Assembly (NCBI GenBank): GCA_043819385.1
Contig: JBDREW010000023.1
Coordinates: 1 to 49,959, forward strand
DNA from: Candidatus Nealsonbacteria bacterium
Lineage (GTDB): Bacteria; Patescibacteriota; Minisyncoccia; Minisyncoccales; GWA2-38-27
DNA: 49,959 bases
Reading direction: 5' to 3'
Part shown: positions 18,139 through 25,908 of the stretch, one piece after another
Position numbering within the stretch: the first letter of the stretch is position 1
Layout: every line of letters starts with the position of its first letter
The notes under the pieces: model-generated
What the model was told of the DNA's origin: nothing
Seen by the model: only the letters and a program-made list of their open reading frames with translations
The model's database searches: none
Translations under genes and position numbers: made by a program

Positions 18139-18184
18139 TTACGGAGAGGTACTCTCCGGAGCTCCGGAGAGCACCTCTCCGTAA
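18139..18184. repeat. 46-bp near-perfect palindrome built from two ACGGAGAG-NNN-CTCTCCG hairpins
   Basis: TTACGGAGAGGTACTCTCCGGAG|CTCCGGAGAGCACCTCTCCGTAA, with one mismatch between the arms. Confidence 0.9.
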
Positions 18185-18263
18185 ACTATTCCATGTTATA
18201 TATTATATGTTTTATTAACATATTTTTTGCTAAAAATCAAGTTTAAATTAAAAATAATCTCTT

Positions 18264-18316
18264 GAGACCCGACCTCTAAAAAACTTCCCCTCCCTCTCGA
18301 AGAGAGGTCGGGGCTC
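18264..18316. repeat. GC-rich palindromic intergenic repeat (family copy)
   Basis: GAGACCCGACCTCT-aaaaaacttcccctccctctcga-AGAGAGGTCGGGGCTC. Confidence 0.85.
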
Positions 18317-18410
18317 TTTTTAGCTTTTCCTCTTCCTTATTTTTAATTTAAATAAAAAAAACGGAGAATTATTTCTCCGTTTACTTTGTTTGTTTGGTTA
18401 TTTATTATTT

Positions 18411-18761
18411 TTATTGTGATTTATCATTTCTTTTTGCAAATGCTTCAGTCAAAACTACTAAAAATGAATGGCCTAATTCTGAAAAATTAATCATCCTATC
18501 AGCTCCAGGTGTTTCAAATAATTTTTCTAATTGATGAAAATATCTTGAAATTAATAATAAGAGAGCTTTTTTTCTAATACCATGAGGACAAATAAATTCA
18601 CTATCTTTTATAGTACAGATAATATGAATAAGCCCATCAGTAATTCCAAATTTTTTAAAAACAGGAAAATTCCTTAAAATATTGTCTAATCCAGCTCCTT
18701 CTTTTAGTGCTGTTGCTAAAGATGATTCAAGTTTTTCAAAATCTCCAAAATATTCAGGCAT
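18411..18761 (-). CDS. Hypothetical protein (116 aa) flanked by hairpin repeats
   Basis: ORF from the track with no motif recognised. ACGGAGAG-type hairpins lie on both sides. Confidence 0.4.
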   Translation of the reverse strand: MPEYFGDFEKLESSLATALKEGAGLDNILRNFPVFKKFGITDGLIHIICTIKDSEFICPHGIRKKALLLLISRYFHQLEKLFETPGADRMINFSELGHSFLVVLTEAFAKRNDKSQ

Positions 18762-18856
18762 TTTTTCAATCCTTTATTTTAAGGTGCTTATGTTACTACA
18801 GAATATATCTTTCTTAACATAAATAAATATAAAAGCAAAATATATATCAAATAAAA

Positions 18857-18953
18857 CTTACGGAGAGGTGCTCTCCGTAAGCTCAAATCCCCTTTAACTA
18901 AACTTACGGAGAGCATCTCTCCGTAGCTCTAACGGAGAGGTGCTCTCCGTAAG
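18857..18953. repeat. Three further ACGGAGAG-NNN(N)-CTCTCCGT hairpins
   Basis: CTTACGGAGAGGTGCTCTCCGTAAG (18857-18881), CTTACGGAGAGCATCTCTCCGTAG (18903-18926) and AACGGAGAGGTGCTCTCCGTAAG (18931-18953). Confidence 0.9.
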
Positions 18954-19028
18954 CTCATGGTCTTCAAATTAAAGTTGCGGGGAATAAATAGTTGCGGGGG
19001 ACTGTTCCCCGCAACTTTATTACATACA

Positions 19029-19082
19029 TTGTAAGAAATGATAGTGTTGTTTACAGTTCTTTGGGATAAAAATAATTAATTA
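19029..19082. repeat. 54-bp dispersed repeat, copy 1 (the partner is at 49859-49912)
   Basis: TTGTAAGAAATGATAGTGTTGTTTACAGTTCTTTGGGATAAAAATAATTAATTA, with 3 mismatches against copy 2 in direct orientation. Confidence 0.9.
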
Positions 19083-19097
19083 TATTATATAAAAAAA

Positions 19098-19140
19098 TAA
19101 AAAGCGGACTGAAAAATAATCAGACCGCTATTGTTTTTTT
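19098..19140 (-). terminator. Bidirectional terminator downstream of 19151..19438
   Basis: GCGGACTGA-aaaataa-TCAGACCGC, flanked by A runs on the left and T runs on the right. Confidence 0.65.
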
Positions 19141-19150
19141 ATTTTTTTAA

Positions 19151-19438
19151 TCAATTGACTGCTACATTACCATCTGAATTAATATAAAAAAATATTCTAT
19201 CTTCATTAAATCCAAAATCAAATCCTTTAAAAACATTCCTTTTGACTTTTGGTTTACCATTTTGCATAATTCCAATTGCTATTCTCTCTTTCTCTATTTC
19301 GCCCGTTATACTATCTATCACTCTTGACGTTACACATGGTTTACTTTTTCGCCTGCAATCTAATTTCATAGATTTTACAATCCTTTCTGCTTGAACAAAA
19401 TGTTTTTCTTCAGCTTCTCGTGGTAATATGACAATCAT
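19151..19438 (-). CDS. Small hypothetical protein (95 aa)
   Basis: ORF from the track, 11 nt downstream of the preceding ORF and so likely co-transcribed with it. Confidence 0.4.
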   Translation of the reverse strand: MIVILPREAEEKHFVQAERIVKSMKLDCRRKSKPCVTSRVIDSITGEIEKERIAIGIMQNGKPKVKRNVFKGFDFGFNEDRIFFYINSDGNVAVN

Positions 19439-19449
19439 TTTCTTACTCC

Positions 19450-19743
19450 TTATTCTGTTTCAAAAGGAAGAAATGACCTAGCTAAATCTCGTTTTGATGA
19501 TTCTCCAATCCTTTTAAAATTACTTTCTAAATTAATTTCAATAACACTTTTTACTCCAGAAAACTGACTAAAAATATTTATTGCTCCATCAGTAATTTGA
19601 GCACAACCTAGAAAAGCAACAAATATTAATCCATTTTCATCTATTAAAAAACAAAACCCTTCTCTTTTTAATTTTATTCTCAAATTTTCAATTTCTTGTT
19701 CTGTTCTTTCTTCATCCATTAAAATAACCATTCCATTCTTCAT
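19450..19743 (-). CDS. Small ferredoxin-like/ACT-like domain protein (97 aa)
   Basis: The pattern MVILMDEERTEQEIENLRIKLKREGF...GLIFVAFLG...FSGVKSVIEI resembles, from memory, the stand-alone beta-alpha-beta regulatory domain found at the N-terminus of some DAHP synthases. Weak call. Confidence 0.35.
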   Translation of the reverse strand: MKNGMVILMDEERTEQEIENLRIKLKREGFCFLIDENGLIFVAFLGCAQITDGAINIFSQFSGVKSVIEINLESNFKRIGESSKRDLARSFLPFETE

Positions 19744-19781
19744 TTTTCTTCCTTTTCCTATCTAATTGTTAAAGTACAACC

Positions 19782-19862
19782 CCATCACAACCAGTCCCGC
19801 CTTCTAAGCATATGAATTAACATTTAGCATAGAAGGCGGGATGATGTAAGGGCAAGAAAAAA
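19782..19862. repeat. ~80-bp hairpin-containing repeat, copy 1 (the partner is at 27212-27292, inverted)
   Basis: The 12-bp stem TCCCGCCTTCTA / TAGAAGGCGGGA (19795-19806 / 19830-19841) has a 23-nt loop. The flanks CCATCACAAC and GATGTAAGGGCAAGAAAAAA are also conserved. Confidence 0.85.
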
Positions 19863-19970
19863 CCTCTTCTTAAAAAGAGGTTGGTTTGAATAATCTTATT
19901 TTATATTTTTATTTTTTTATACTTTTGTTAACAAGACGAACCAAACCAACCTCTCTTCCAAAGAAGAGAT
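19861..19970. repeat. MITE-like unit with ~30-bp imperfect terminal inverted repeats around an AT-rich spacer
   Basis: The left arm is AACCTCTTCTTAAAAAGAGGTTGGTTTG. The reverse complement of the right arm reads ATCTCTTCTTTGGAAGAGAGGTTGGTTTGGTTCG. AGAGGTTGGTTTG / CAAACCAACCTCT pair over 13 bp. Confidence 0.5.
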
Positions 19971-20150
19971 AAAAAAAGAAAAACCATTTTTTAAATATAT
20001 TAGTTTGTTTCATAATTATATCTTTCTTTTTATCATTATTTAAAATACCTTGTCAAGAGAGACATTGATTTATACGGATATTAAAGGATCGTTGAGTTTA
20101 AACCAGTTTTTTAATTGCACAACTTCTAACTTTTTTATTCCAAATAATAT

Positions 20151-20387
20151 TCATTTTCTTAAAATTTTTAAAAATTCTTCTATTGTTATTCCAATATCTT
20201 CTTCAATAATCTTTTTTAAGAGTGATTTTTTAATGTCTTTTCCTTTATGAACAGGAACAACTGCTCTTTTTTGATTTAATGGATTATATAAAATAAGATG
20301 ACTACCACGAGAACGATCTTTTCTAAATCCTAATTTTAACAATACAAAAATAACATCTTTTGATTTTAAGCTAGGGAGTTTTTTCAT
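20151..20387 (-). CDS. hicA: HicA-family mRNA interferase toxin
   Basis: 78-aa ORF. LKSKDVIFVLLKLGFRKDRSRGSHLILYN matches the HicA/YcfA pattern (G-F....GSH). It lies immediately downstream of the hicB-like gene. Confidence 0.85.
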   Translation of the reverse strand: MKKLPSLKSKDVIFVLLKLGFRKDRSRGSHLILYNPLNQKRAVVPVHKGKDIKKSLLKKIIEEDIGITIEEFLKILRK

Positions 20388-20421
20388 AAAAATTAATCCA
20401 CTAACAAATAGAATAATATCG

Positions 20422-20667
20422 TTAAACTGTAACTTCTATTTTACCTTGAAGAATACGCATCTCTTCTGGTATTTTTTCTCTATGTTGGTCTAAACTTTCT
20501 AAATATAATTGAATTGCTTCTTTAATATTTTTCTCTGCTTCCTCTAAGGTATCCCCTTGAGTATGACAACCTGATAAACTTGGCACAAAAGCAATGTATC
20601 CGCCACCAAAAACTGCTTGATAAATTACAGTATATGAAAATATTTTTTTCTTAATTTCTTGAATCAT
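20422..20667 (-). CDS. hicB: HicB-family antitoxin (UPF0150 fold)
   Basis: 81-aa ORF. GGGYIAFVPSLSGCHTQGDTLEEAEKNIKEAIQLYLESL is the typical HicB N-domain signature. Confidence 0.85.
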   Translation of the reverse strand: MIQEIKKKIFSYTVIYQAVFGGGYIAFVPSLSGCHTQGDTLEEAEKNIKEAIQLYLESLDQHREKIPEEMRILQGKIEVTV

Positions 20668-20840
20668 ATTAAAATATTAATTTAACTAATTATAATATAT
20701 CACAATTTTAAATTGATGTATATGAATATATTGAACTTTTGGGTAAGGTATTAAAAAATGTATTTAATACATACATTTACTTCTTTCTCCTCCACTATAA
20801 AATGTATGCTTTTTACATTATTTGCGAAATTAATACCTAT

Positions 20841-22133
20841 TTATTCTTTTCTTTCTCCTAATTCAACTTCAACATTTTTTTCTTCTCCATCTCTTAAATA
20901 TTTTAAATTGACTTTATCATTTGGTCCATATTTTGAAATAAGTTTTGCTAAACTATTGTCTTGATTAATTTTTTCTCCTCCAAACTCTAAAATTACATCC
21001 ATTTCTTTTAATCCAGCTTTTTGAGCAGAAGAATCAGGCCAAATAGCTGATTTTCCTTTATCTCCAATAACTAAAGCTCCATAGTCCACTGATAAATCAT
21101 ATTCTTCTTGAACTGATTCATTAACTAAAACATAAGTAACACCTAAAAAAGGATATACAATTTTCCCAATTGTTTTAATTTGCTCAATATCTCTTTTTGC
21201 TTTATTTATTAAAATAGCAAAACCAATACTTTGAGCATCTTGAACCATTGCAGTATTTATTCCAATTACTTCCCCTTCCAAATTTACTAAAGGACCTCCT
21301 GAATTTCCTCTATTTATTGCTGCATCTGTTTGAATAGCACTTTCTAATGTTTCTATAAATCCCTCACCCCCAGAAGCTGTAATAGTTCTACCCAATCCAG
21401 AAATAACTCCAACTGAAACAGTATTATTAAACTCTCCTAAAGCATTTCCAATAGTAATTACTGTTTGACCAATTTGAAGATTATCTGAATCCCCTAATTT
21501 AGCAAATGGAAATGACTCTAAAATTAACTCACCATTTTCGTTTTCTATTTTTTCTTGTTCAATTTTAATAATAGCTAAATCTTCAACAGGATCTTTATCT
21601 AAAACTTTTGCTGTAAATTTTCTACCATCATTCATATAGACCGTATATTCAGCAGTATCTTCTAAAACAACATGTTTATTAGTTAAAATTATTCCATCCT
21701 CAGAAATAATAAATCCTGTTCCACTCCCAACTTCTTTTTTCTCTGTCCCATTTTGACGATATTGTGGAATCATATATCCAAAAGGACTTGGTCCAAATTC
21801 CTGAAAAGGATTATAATAATATTGTTCAAAAATTGGTACATCTTTAGAAATAACAATACTTACAACAGCAGGAGAAACATCTTTTATTGCTTTTATTGTT
21901 TTCTCTTCTTGATTTATTTGAGAAATATATTTTTGCTCTTGGTCAGAAAGATTTTGAGATAATCTATCGTTTAAATATGTTTTAAATTGAAAATAGAATG
22001 AAACACTTATTATACTTCCTGCTAAAAATCCAAAAACAGAAGAAATAATAATTATTGTCAAAATGTTTTTCTTATTATTATCAATAAAATTATTTTTTTT
22101 ATTATTAGATTGAATATTATTATTTAAATCCAT
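20841..22133 (-). CDS. htrA: HtrA/DegP-family serine protease with a C-terminal PDZ domain
   Basis: 430-aa ORF. TM anchor and catalytic motifs TNKHVV, DLAIIKIE and GNSGGPLVN. PDZ-like C-terminus (GLKEMDVILEFGGEKI). Confidence 0.9.
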   Translation of the reverse strand: MDLNNNIQSNNKKNNFIDNNKKNILTIIIISSVFGFLAGSIISVSFYFQFKTYLNDRLSQNLSDQEQKYISQINQEEKTIKAIKDVSPAVVSIVISKDVPIFEQYYYNPFQEFGPSPFGYMIPQYRQNGTEKKEVGSGTGFIISEDGIILTNKHVVLEDTAEYTVYMNDGRKFTAKVLDKDPVEDLAIIKIEQEKIENENGELILESFPFAKLGDSDNLQIGQTVITIGNALGEFNNTVSVGVISGLGRTITASGGEGFIETLESAIQTDAAINRGNSGGPLVNLEGEVIGINTAMVQDAQSIGFAILINKAKRDIEQIKTIGKIVYPFLGVTYVLVNESVQEEYDLSVDYGALVIGDKGKSAIWPDSSAQKAGLKEMDVILEFGGEKINQDNSLAKLISKYGPNDKVNLKYLRDGEEKNVEVELGERKE

Positions 22134-22197
22134 ATTATTTTAAAAAAAATAGAGCTAGCTCTGTTTTTTAATTTCCAATTTTTAATTTTTCTATCTT

Positions 22198-22250
22198 GAG
22201 GTCGGACCTCTAAAAAAACTTCCTCTCCCTCTCGAGAGAGGTCGGGGCTC
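22198..22250. repeat. GC-rich palindromic intergenic repeat (family copy)
   Basis: GAGGTCGGACCTCT-aaaaaaacttcctctccctctcg-AGAGAGGTCGGGGCTC, followed by the TACCAGCTTTCCCC tail shared with other copies. Confidence 0.85.
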
Positions 22251-22284
22251 TACCAGCTTTCCCCTACTTTCCCATTTTAATTTT

Positions 22285-22701
22285 CTATCTCTTAATTTTA
22301 TAAATCAACATTTCTAACAAATTTTTAACTTCTTTTTCAGCTTGATTTTCTGATTTGCTTTGAACAAATTTTTGCCACTGATTTAATATCTCTTCATCAT
22401 CTAAATCTCTTACTAAATTTTCTATTTCTAATCTATCTTCAAAATCTACTTCTCCTTCTGCTTTTAAAACTTTACCAATAAATACAGCTGTAAAATTTAA
22501 AACTTTTTCATTAATTTTACATGATTCATCTTTACTTTTCACTTTCTCTAAATTATCTCTTGTATAAAAATACCCAGCTCCAAAAAATATATTTCCAAAT
22601 AATAATATCATAACTATAATAACCCAAAATAACATTACTGGACTCTTTGGTTTTTGAATTGTTTTATCTACTTTCAAACTCTTAAAATCTGGCAATTTCA
22701 T
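22285..22701 (-). CDS. Membrane-anchored hypothetical protein (138 aa)
   Basis: One TM helix (VMLFWVIIVMILLFGNIFFGAGYFY) and a helical acidic C-terminus. Confidence 0.5.
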   Translation of the reverse strand: MKLPDFKSLKVDKTIQKPKSPVMLFWVIIVMILLFGNIFFGAGYFYTRDNLEKVKSKDESCKINEKVLNFTAVFIGKVLKAEGEVDFEDRLEIENLVRDLDDEEILNQWQKFVQSKSENQAEKEVKNLLEMLIYKIKR

Positions 22702-22841
22702 ATATTTATTTTTTTATTTGCTACTTTATCATTTTCAAGTGAGCGAGAGGATAATAAATGAGTTTATTCATTTATTATCCCGAGCGAGCAATGAAAATGT
22801 ATGTATTTAATATGTTTTTTAATATATTCATTTTATCACAA

Positions 22842-23558
22842 TCAATTTTTTTTGTCTTGTGAATAATGATCAAACTTATATTTAAAAATATCTTTTTTGA
22901 CTGGACCAATAAAAATCATATGAAATTCACAAAGAATAAATTTAAAATAAGTTTTAAACCAGCCATCAGTTTGAAATCTTCTAGTTGATATAAATATCTT
23001 TGAAGATTTAATTATTCCAAATTTTCCTAATCTTTTTGCTCGTCTTATTAAGTCATGGTCTTCAGATAATTTAATCTTTTCATCAAAACCTTTAATACTA
23101 TTAAAAATATCTTTATCTATTAAAATACCCATTGCTCCATGAGCAATTACTTGTTGGAAAAAAAAAACAGGCCAATTATAGAAAAAATTGAAAAAAAATC
23201 TTGTTATTTTATTTTTTTCTTGTGGAATTAAAAAAAAACTCGCAATTTTTAGCTTTCTTTTGTCAAATTCTTTTAAAGTTTTTTTAATAAAATCTTTTGG
23301 TAAAATAACATCTGCATCTAAAAATAAAAGCAAATCCCCTTTTGCAATTTTTGCCCCATTGTTTCTTCCTTTTGATGGTAATCCTCCAGCCGTAATTTTA
23401 CAATTATATTTTTTAACTATTGATATTGTTTTATCTTTTGAATTAGCATCAGCAACAATAATTTCATAATCATTAAAATTCTGCTTTTTAATTGATTCAA
23501 GCAATAAAGGAACTTGCTTTTCTTCATTAAGAGTTGGAATAATAATACTTAATTTCAT
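22842..23558 (-). CDS. Family 2 glycosyltransferase
   Basis: 238-aa ORF. LSIIIPTLNEE...EIIVADANSKD...LLFLDADV (DxD) is the typical GT-A/GT2 pattern. Confidence 0.85.
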   Translation of the reverse strand: MKLSIIIPTLNEEKQVPLLLESIKKQNFNDYEIIVADANSKDKTISIVKKYNCKITAGGLPSKGRNNGAKIAKGDLLLFLDADVILPKDFIKKTLKEFDKRKLKIASFFLIPQEKNKITRFFFNFFYNWPVFFFQQVIAHGAMGILIDKDIFNSIKGFDEKIKLSEDHDLIRRAKRLGKFGIIKSSKIFISTRRFQTDGWFKTYFKFILCEFHMIFIGPVKKDIFKYKFDHYSQDKKN

Positions 23559-23576
23559 TTTTCTTTATTTTTGTTT

Positions 23577-24632
23577 TTAATCAAATAATTTCTTGGCTTC
23601 ATTCCAAATTTCTGAATCATTTTGCTTTACTTTCAACCAATACCACCATTCTGACCCCCATAAATAAAATTCATTTAAACCCATTCTCTTGGCAAAATCA
23701 ACATTTTTTTTAAATTGTTTCAAATCCATTGTTTTTTTCTGTTCTTCTATTGAACAATCATAAAGTAAGCTTGGACACCATGGCTCTGTTTGTAATTCAA
23801 CTCCAAGAACTTGTTTGTTAAAAAACCTTTCAATAATTTGAGCCCTACGCCAATAAAAAAATGCAGGATAAGGCAAAGGAATATATGACTTAAACTCTGG
23901 AGAATAAACTTTTTTGTATGTTGTTATCCCAACTATATCCCCTAATTCAGCAACCTTAAACCAAAGCGACAATTCTCCAGTATCTGTGATTATAACTGGT
24001 TTTTCAGGATTTATTGATTTCACTAATTCAATTTCTTTTTTAAGAAGATTCTCATCTGTTTCAGGGCATTCTCCAAAAGGAAAAAAGGGTTCATTTTCAA
24101 CTTGCCATGCCCAAATAATATCTTTATCTTTATATCTTGAAACAATTTTTTCAATTAATTCTAAAACTTCTTCTTCTCTTTCTTCTTTACTAATATTTTT
24201 TGCCCATTCTGGAATATGACATTCTGGCCAACGCAAAGTTTTTAATCCTATTACTAAAAAAATCTTTGCTTGATATTTTTCAGCTGTATCAATTTGCCAA
24301 TCTAAATCATCAAAACTATATTTTTCTTGTTCTTGCTCAATTATATCCCAATGAGTAGATATTTTTATATTCTTAACTCCTAAATCATCTAATAATGCTA
24401 AATAATTTTCTCGCCAATCCAAACCTAATTGCTGACTATGCTTTTGAGAAAAATTAACTCCCCATTTAATATTATCTTGTTGAGGTGCTTTTCCAACAAA
24501 GAAAAAATAAAAAATAACCAAAATCAAAAACAAAAAAACTATTATTGAAATTTTTAAAATCTTTTTTATCCCTGCCCGCCTCAATATTTCCCACAAAGAA
24601 ATTTTGGGCGAGGTTTTTTTATTTAATTTCAT
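23577..24632 (-). CDS. Membrane-anchored clan GH-A (TIM-barrel, GH5-like) glycoside hydrolase
   Basis: 351-aa ORF. TM anchor, then GVKNIKISTHWDIIEQEQEKYSFDDLDWQID and the WQVENEP acid/base motif. The family assignment is uncertain. Confidence 0.55.
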   Translation of the reverse strand: MKLNKKTSPKISLWEILRRAGIKKILKISIIVFLFLILVIFYFFFVGKAPQQDNIKWGVNFSQKHSQQLGLDWRENYLALLDDLGVKNIKISTHWDIIEQEQEKYSFDDLDWQIDTAEKYQAKIFLVIGLKTLRWPECHIPEWAKNISKEEREEEVLELIEKIVSRYKDKDIIWAWQVENEPFFPFGECPETDENLLKKEIELVKSINPEKPVIITDTGELSLWFKVAELGDIVGITTYKKVYSPEFKSYIPLPYPAFFYWRRAQIIERFFNKQVLGVELQTEPWCPSLLYDCSIEEQKKTMDLKQFKKNVDFAKRMGLNEFYLWGSEWWYWLKVKQNDSEIWNEAKKLFD

Positions 24633-24673
24633 TTTAATTTTTGATTTTTGATTTTTCTCTCCCTCTCCTCCCC

Positions 24674-24726
24674 GAGACCCGACCTCTACAAAACCTCTCT
24701 TCCCTCTCGAAGAGAGGTCGGGGCTC
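24674..24726. repeat. GC-rich palindromic intergenic repeat (family copy)
   Basis: GAGACCCGACCTCT-acaaaacctctcttccctctcga-AGAGAGGTCGGGGCTC, with flanks CTCCCTCTCCTCCCC and TACCAGCTTTCCCCC. Confidence 0.9.
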
Positions 24727-24786
24727 TACCAGCTTTCCCCCTCTCTTTTAATTTCATTTTTATGTTTTTTATTTTTTATTACTTTT

Positions 24787-25908
24787 TTATTTAACATTTT
24801 TCAATCCAATAATTTTTAAAACTGATTTATCGATTTGTGTTTCTGAAACTTGATTATTTTCTAAGGCCTTTTTTAACGCTAAAAATCCTTTCTCTGCCTC
24901 TATTCTCCAACCAGAAAAAATTAATATATCTACTCCTGCTTTAACAGGCAAAGAAACAATTTCATTTAAAGTAAACTCATCTAATAAAGAATTCTGGGAC
25001 AAATCATCAGAAATTATTAAATAATTACCTTTAATTTTTTCTTTTAAAAATTGAATTCCTTTTTTTGAAAGGGTAAAAGGTAAACTCTCATCTATTTCTT
25101 TATAAATAACATTTGAAGTCATTACCATTTCAGGCAAAATTTCTAAATCTTGAAATTGTGATATTTCAGGAATTGTTTCTTTTATTGCTAATTTCTCCTC
25201 TGGATTAAAAGAAATTCCTGTATATCCTGGAAAATGTTTTATTGAAGTAAAAATACCAGCATCTTTTTGTCCTTTAATTATATTTTCAGCTAATACTTTT
25301 ATTGTCTCTATATCTTTATGGAAAGCTCGCTCATAAATAAAATCATTTTTCTCACTAATATCTAATAATGGAGTTAAATTAAGATTAATTCCTAATTTTT
25401 TTAATTCCTCTCCCCTATCTTTTCCAATCTGATATGCTTCGTTTTTATTTCTAATTTCTGATTGAGGAACACTATAAAGCCAATCAACCCTAGAAACTAA
25501 TCCTCCTTCTTGGTCAACAGCAATAAATAAAGCTAATCCAGTATCATTTAAAGCTATTTCTTGCAAAGAACTTATTAACTTTTTTAATTGTGCTTCATCT
25601 TCAACATTTCTTTTTAATAAAAGTATTCCTCCGGGATGAATTTCTTTAACTAATTTTTCTATTTCAGGAGTTATTTCTGTTCCATCAAAACCAATTATAA
25701 ACATCTGTCCAATTTTTTGGTCTAAACTCAAACCATCTAATAATTTCTCATTTTCACTTAGCCCTGATTTGTTTTTTTCTTCTTTTTCTTCTTCTGTGCT
25801 TCCAAAATAAAAAACCTTGCTTTTTCCTGTTTTCGGTATTTTATAAACAACAAATAAAGCAATTAAGATTAAAAGAAATAAAAAGAAAACTATTTTAATA
25901 TGTTTCAT
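24787..25908 (-). CDS. nagZ: GH3 beta-N-acetylhexosaminidase (NagZ-like), membrane anchored
   Basis: 373-aa ORF. GQMFIIGFDG, VDQEGGLVSR and KHFPGYTG are GH3 N-domain signatures. Confidence 0.8.
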   Translation of the reverse strand: MKHIKIVFFLFLLILIALFVVYKIPKTGKSKVFYFGSTEEEKEEKNKSGLSENEKLLDGLSLDQKIGQMFIIGFDGTEITPEIEKLVKEIHPGGILLLKRNVEDEAQLKKLISSLQEIALNDTGLALFIAVDQEGGLVSRVDWLYSVPQSEIRNKNEAYQIGKDRGEELKKLGINLNLTPLLDISEKNDFIYERAFHKDIETIKVLAENIIKGQKDAGIFTSIKHFPGYTGISFNPEEKLAIKETIPEISQFQDLEILPEMVMTSNVIYKEIDESLPFTLSKKGIQFLKEKIKGNYLIISDDLSQNSLLDEFTLNEIVSLPVKAGVDILIFSGWRIEAEKGFLALKKALENNQVSETQIDKSVLKIIGLKNVK

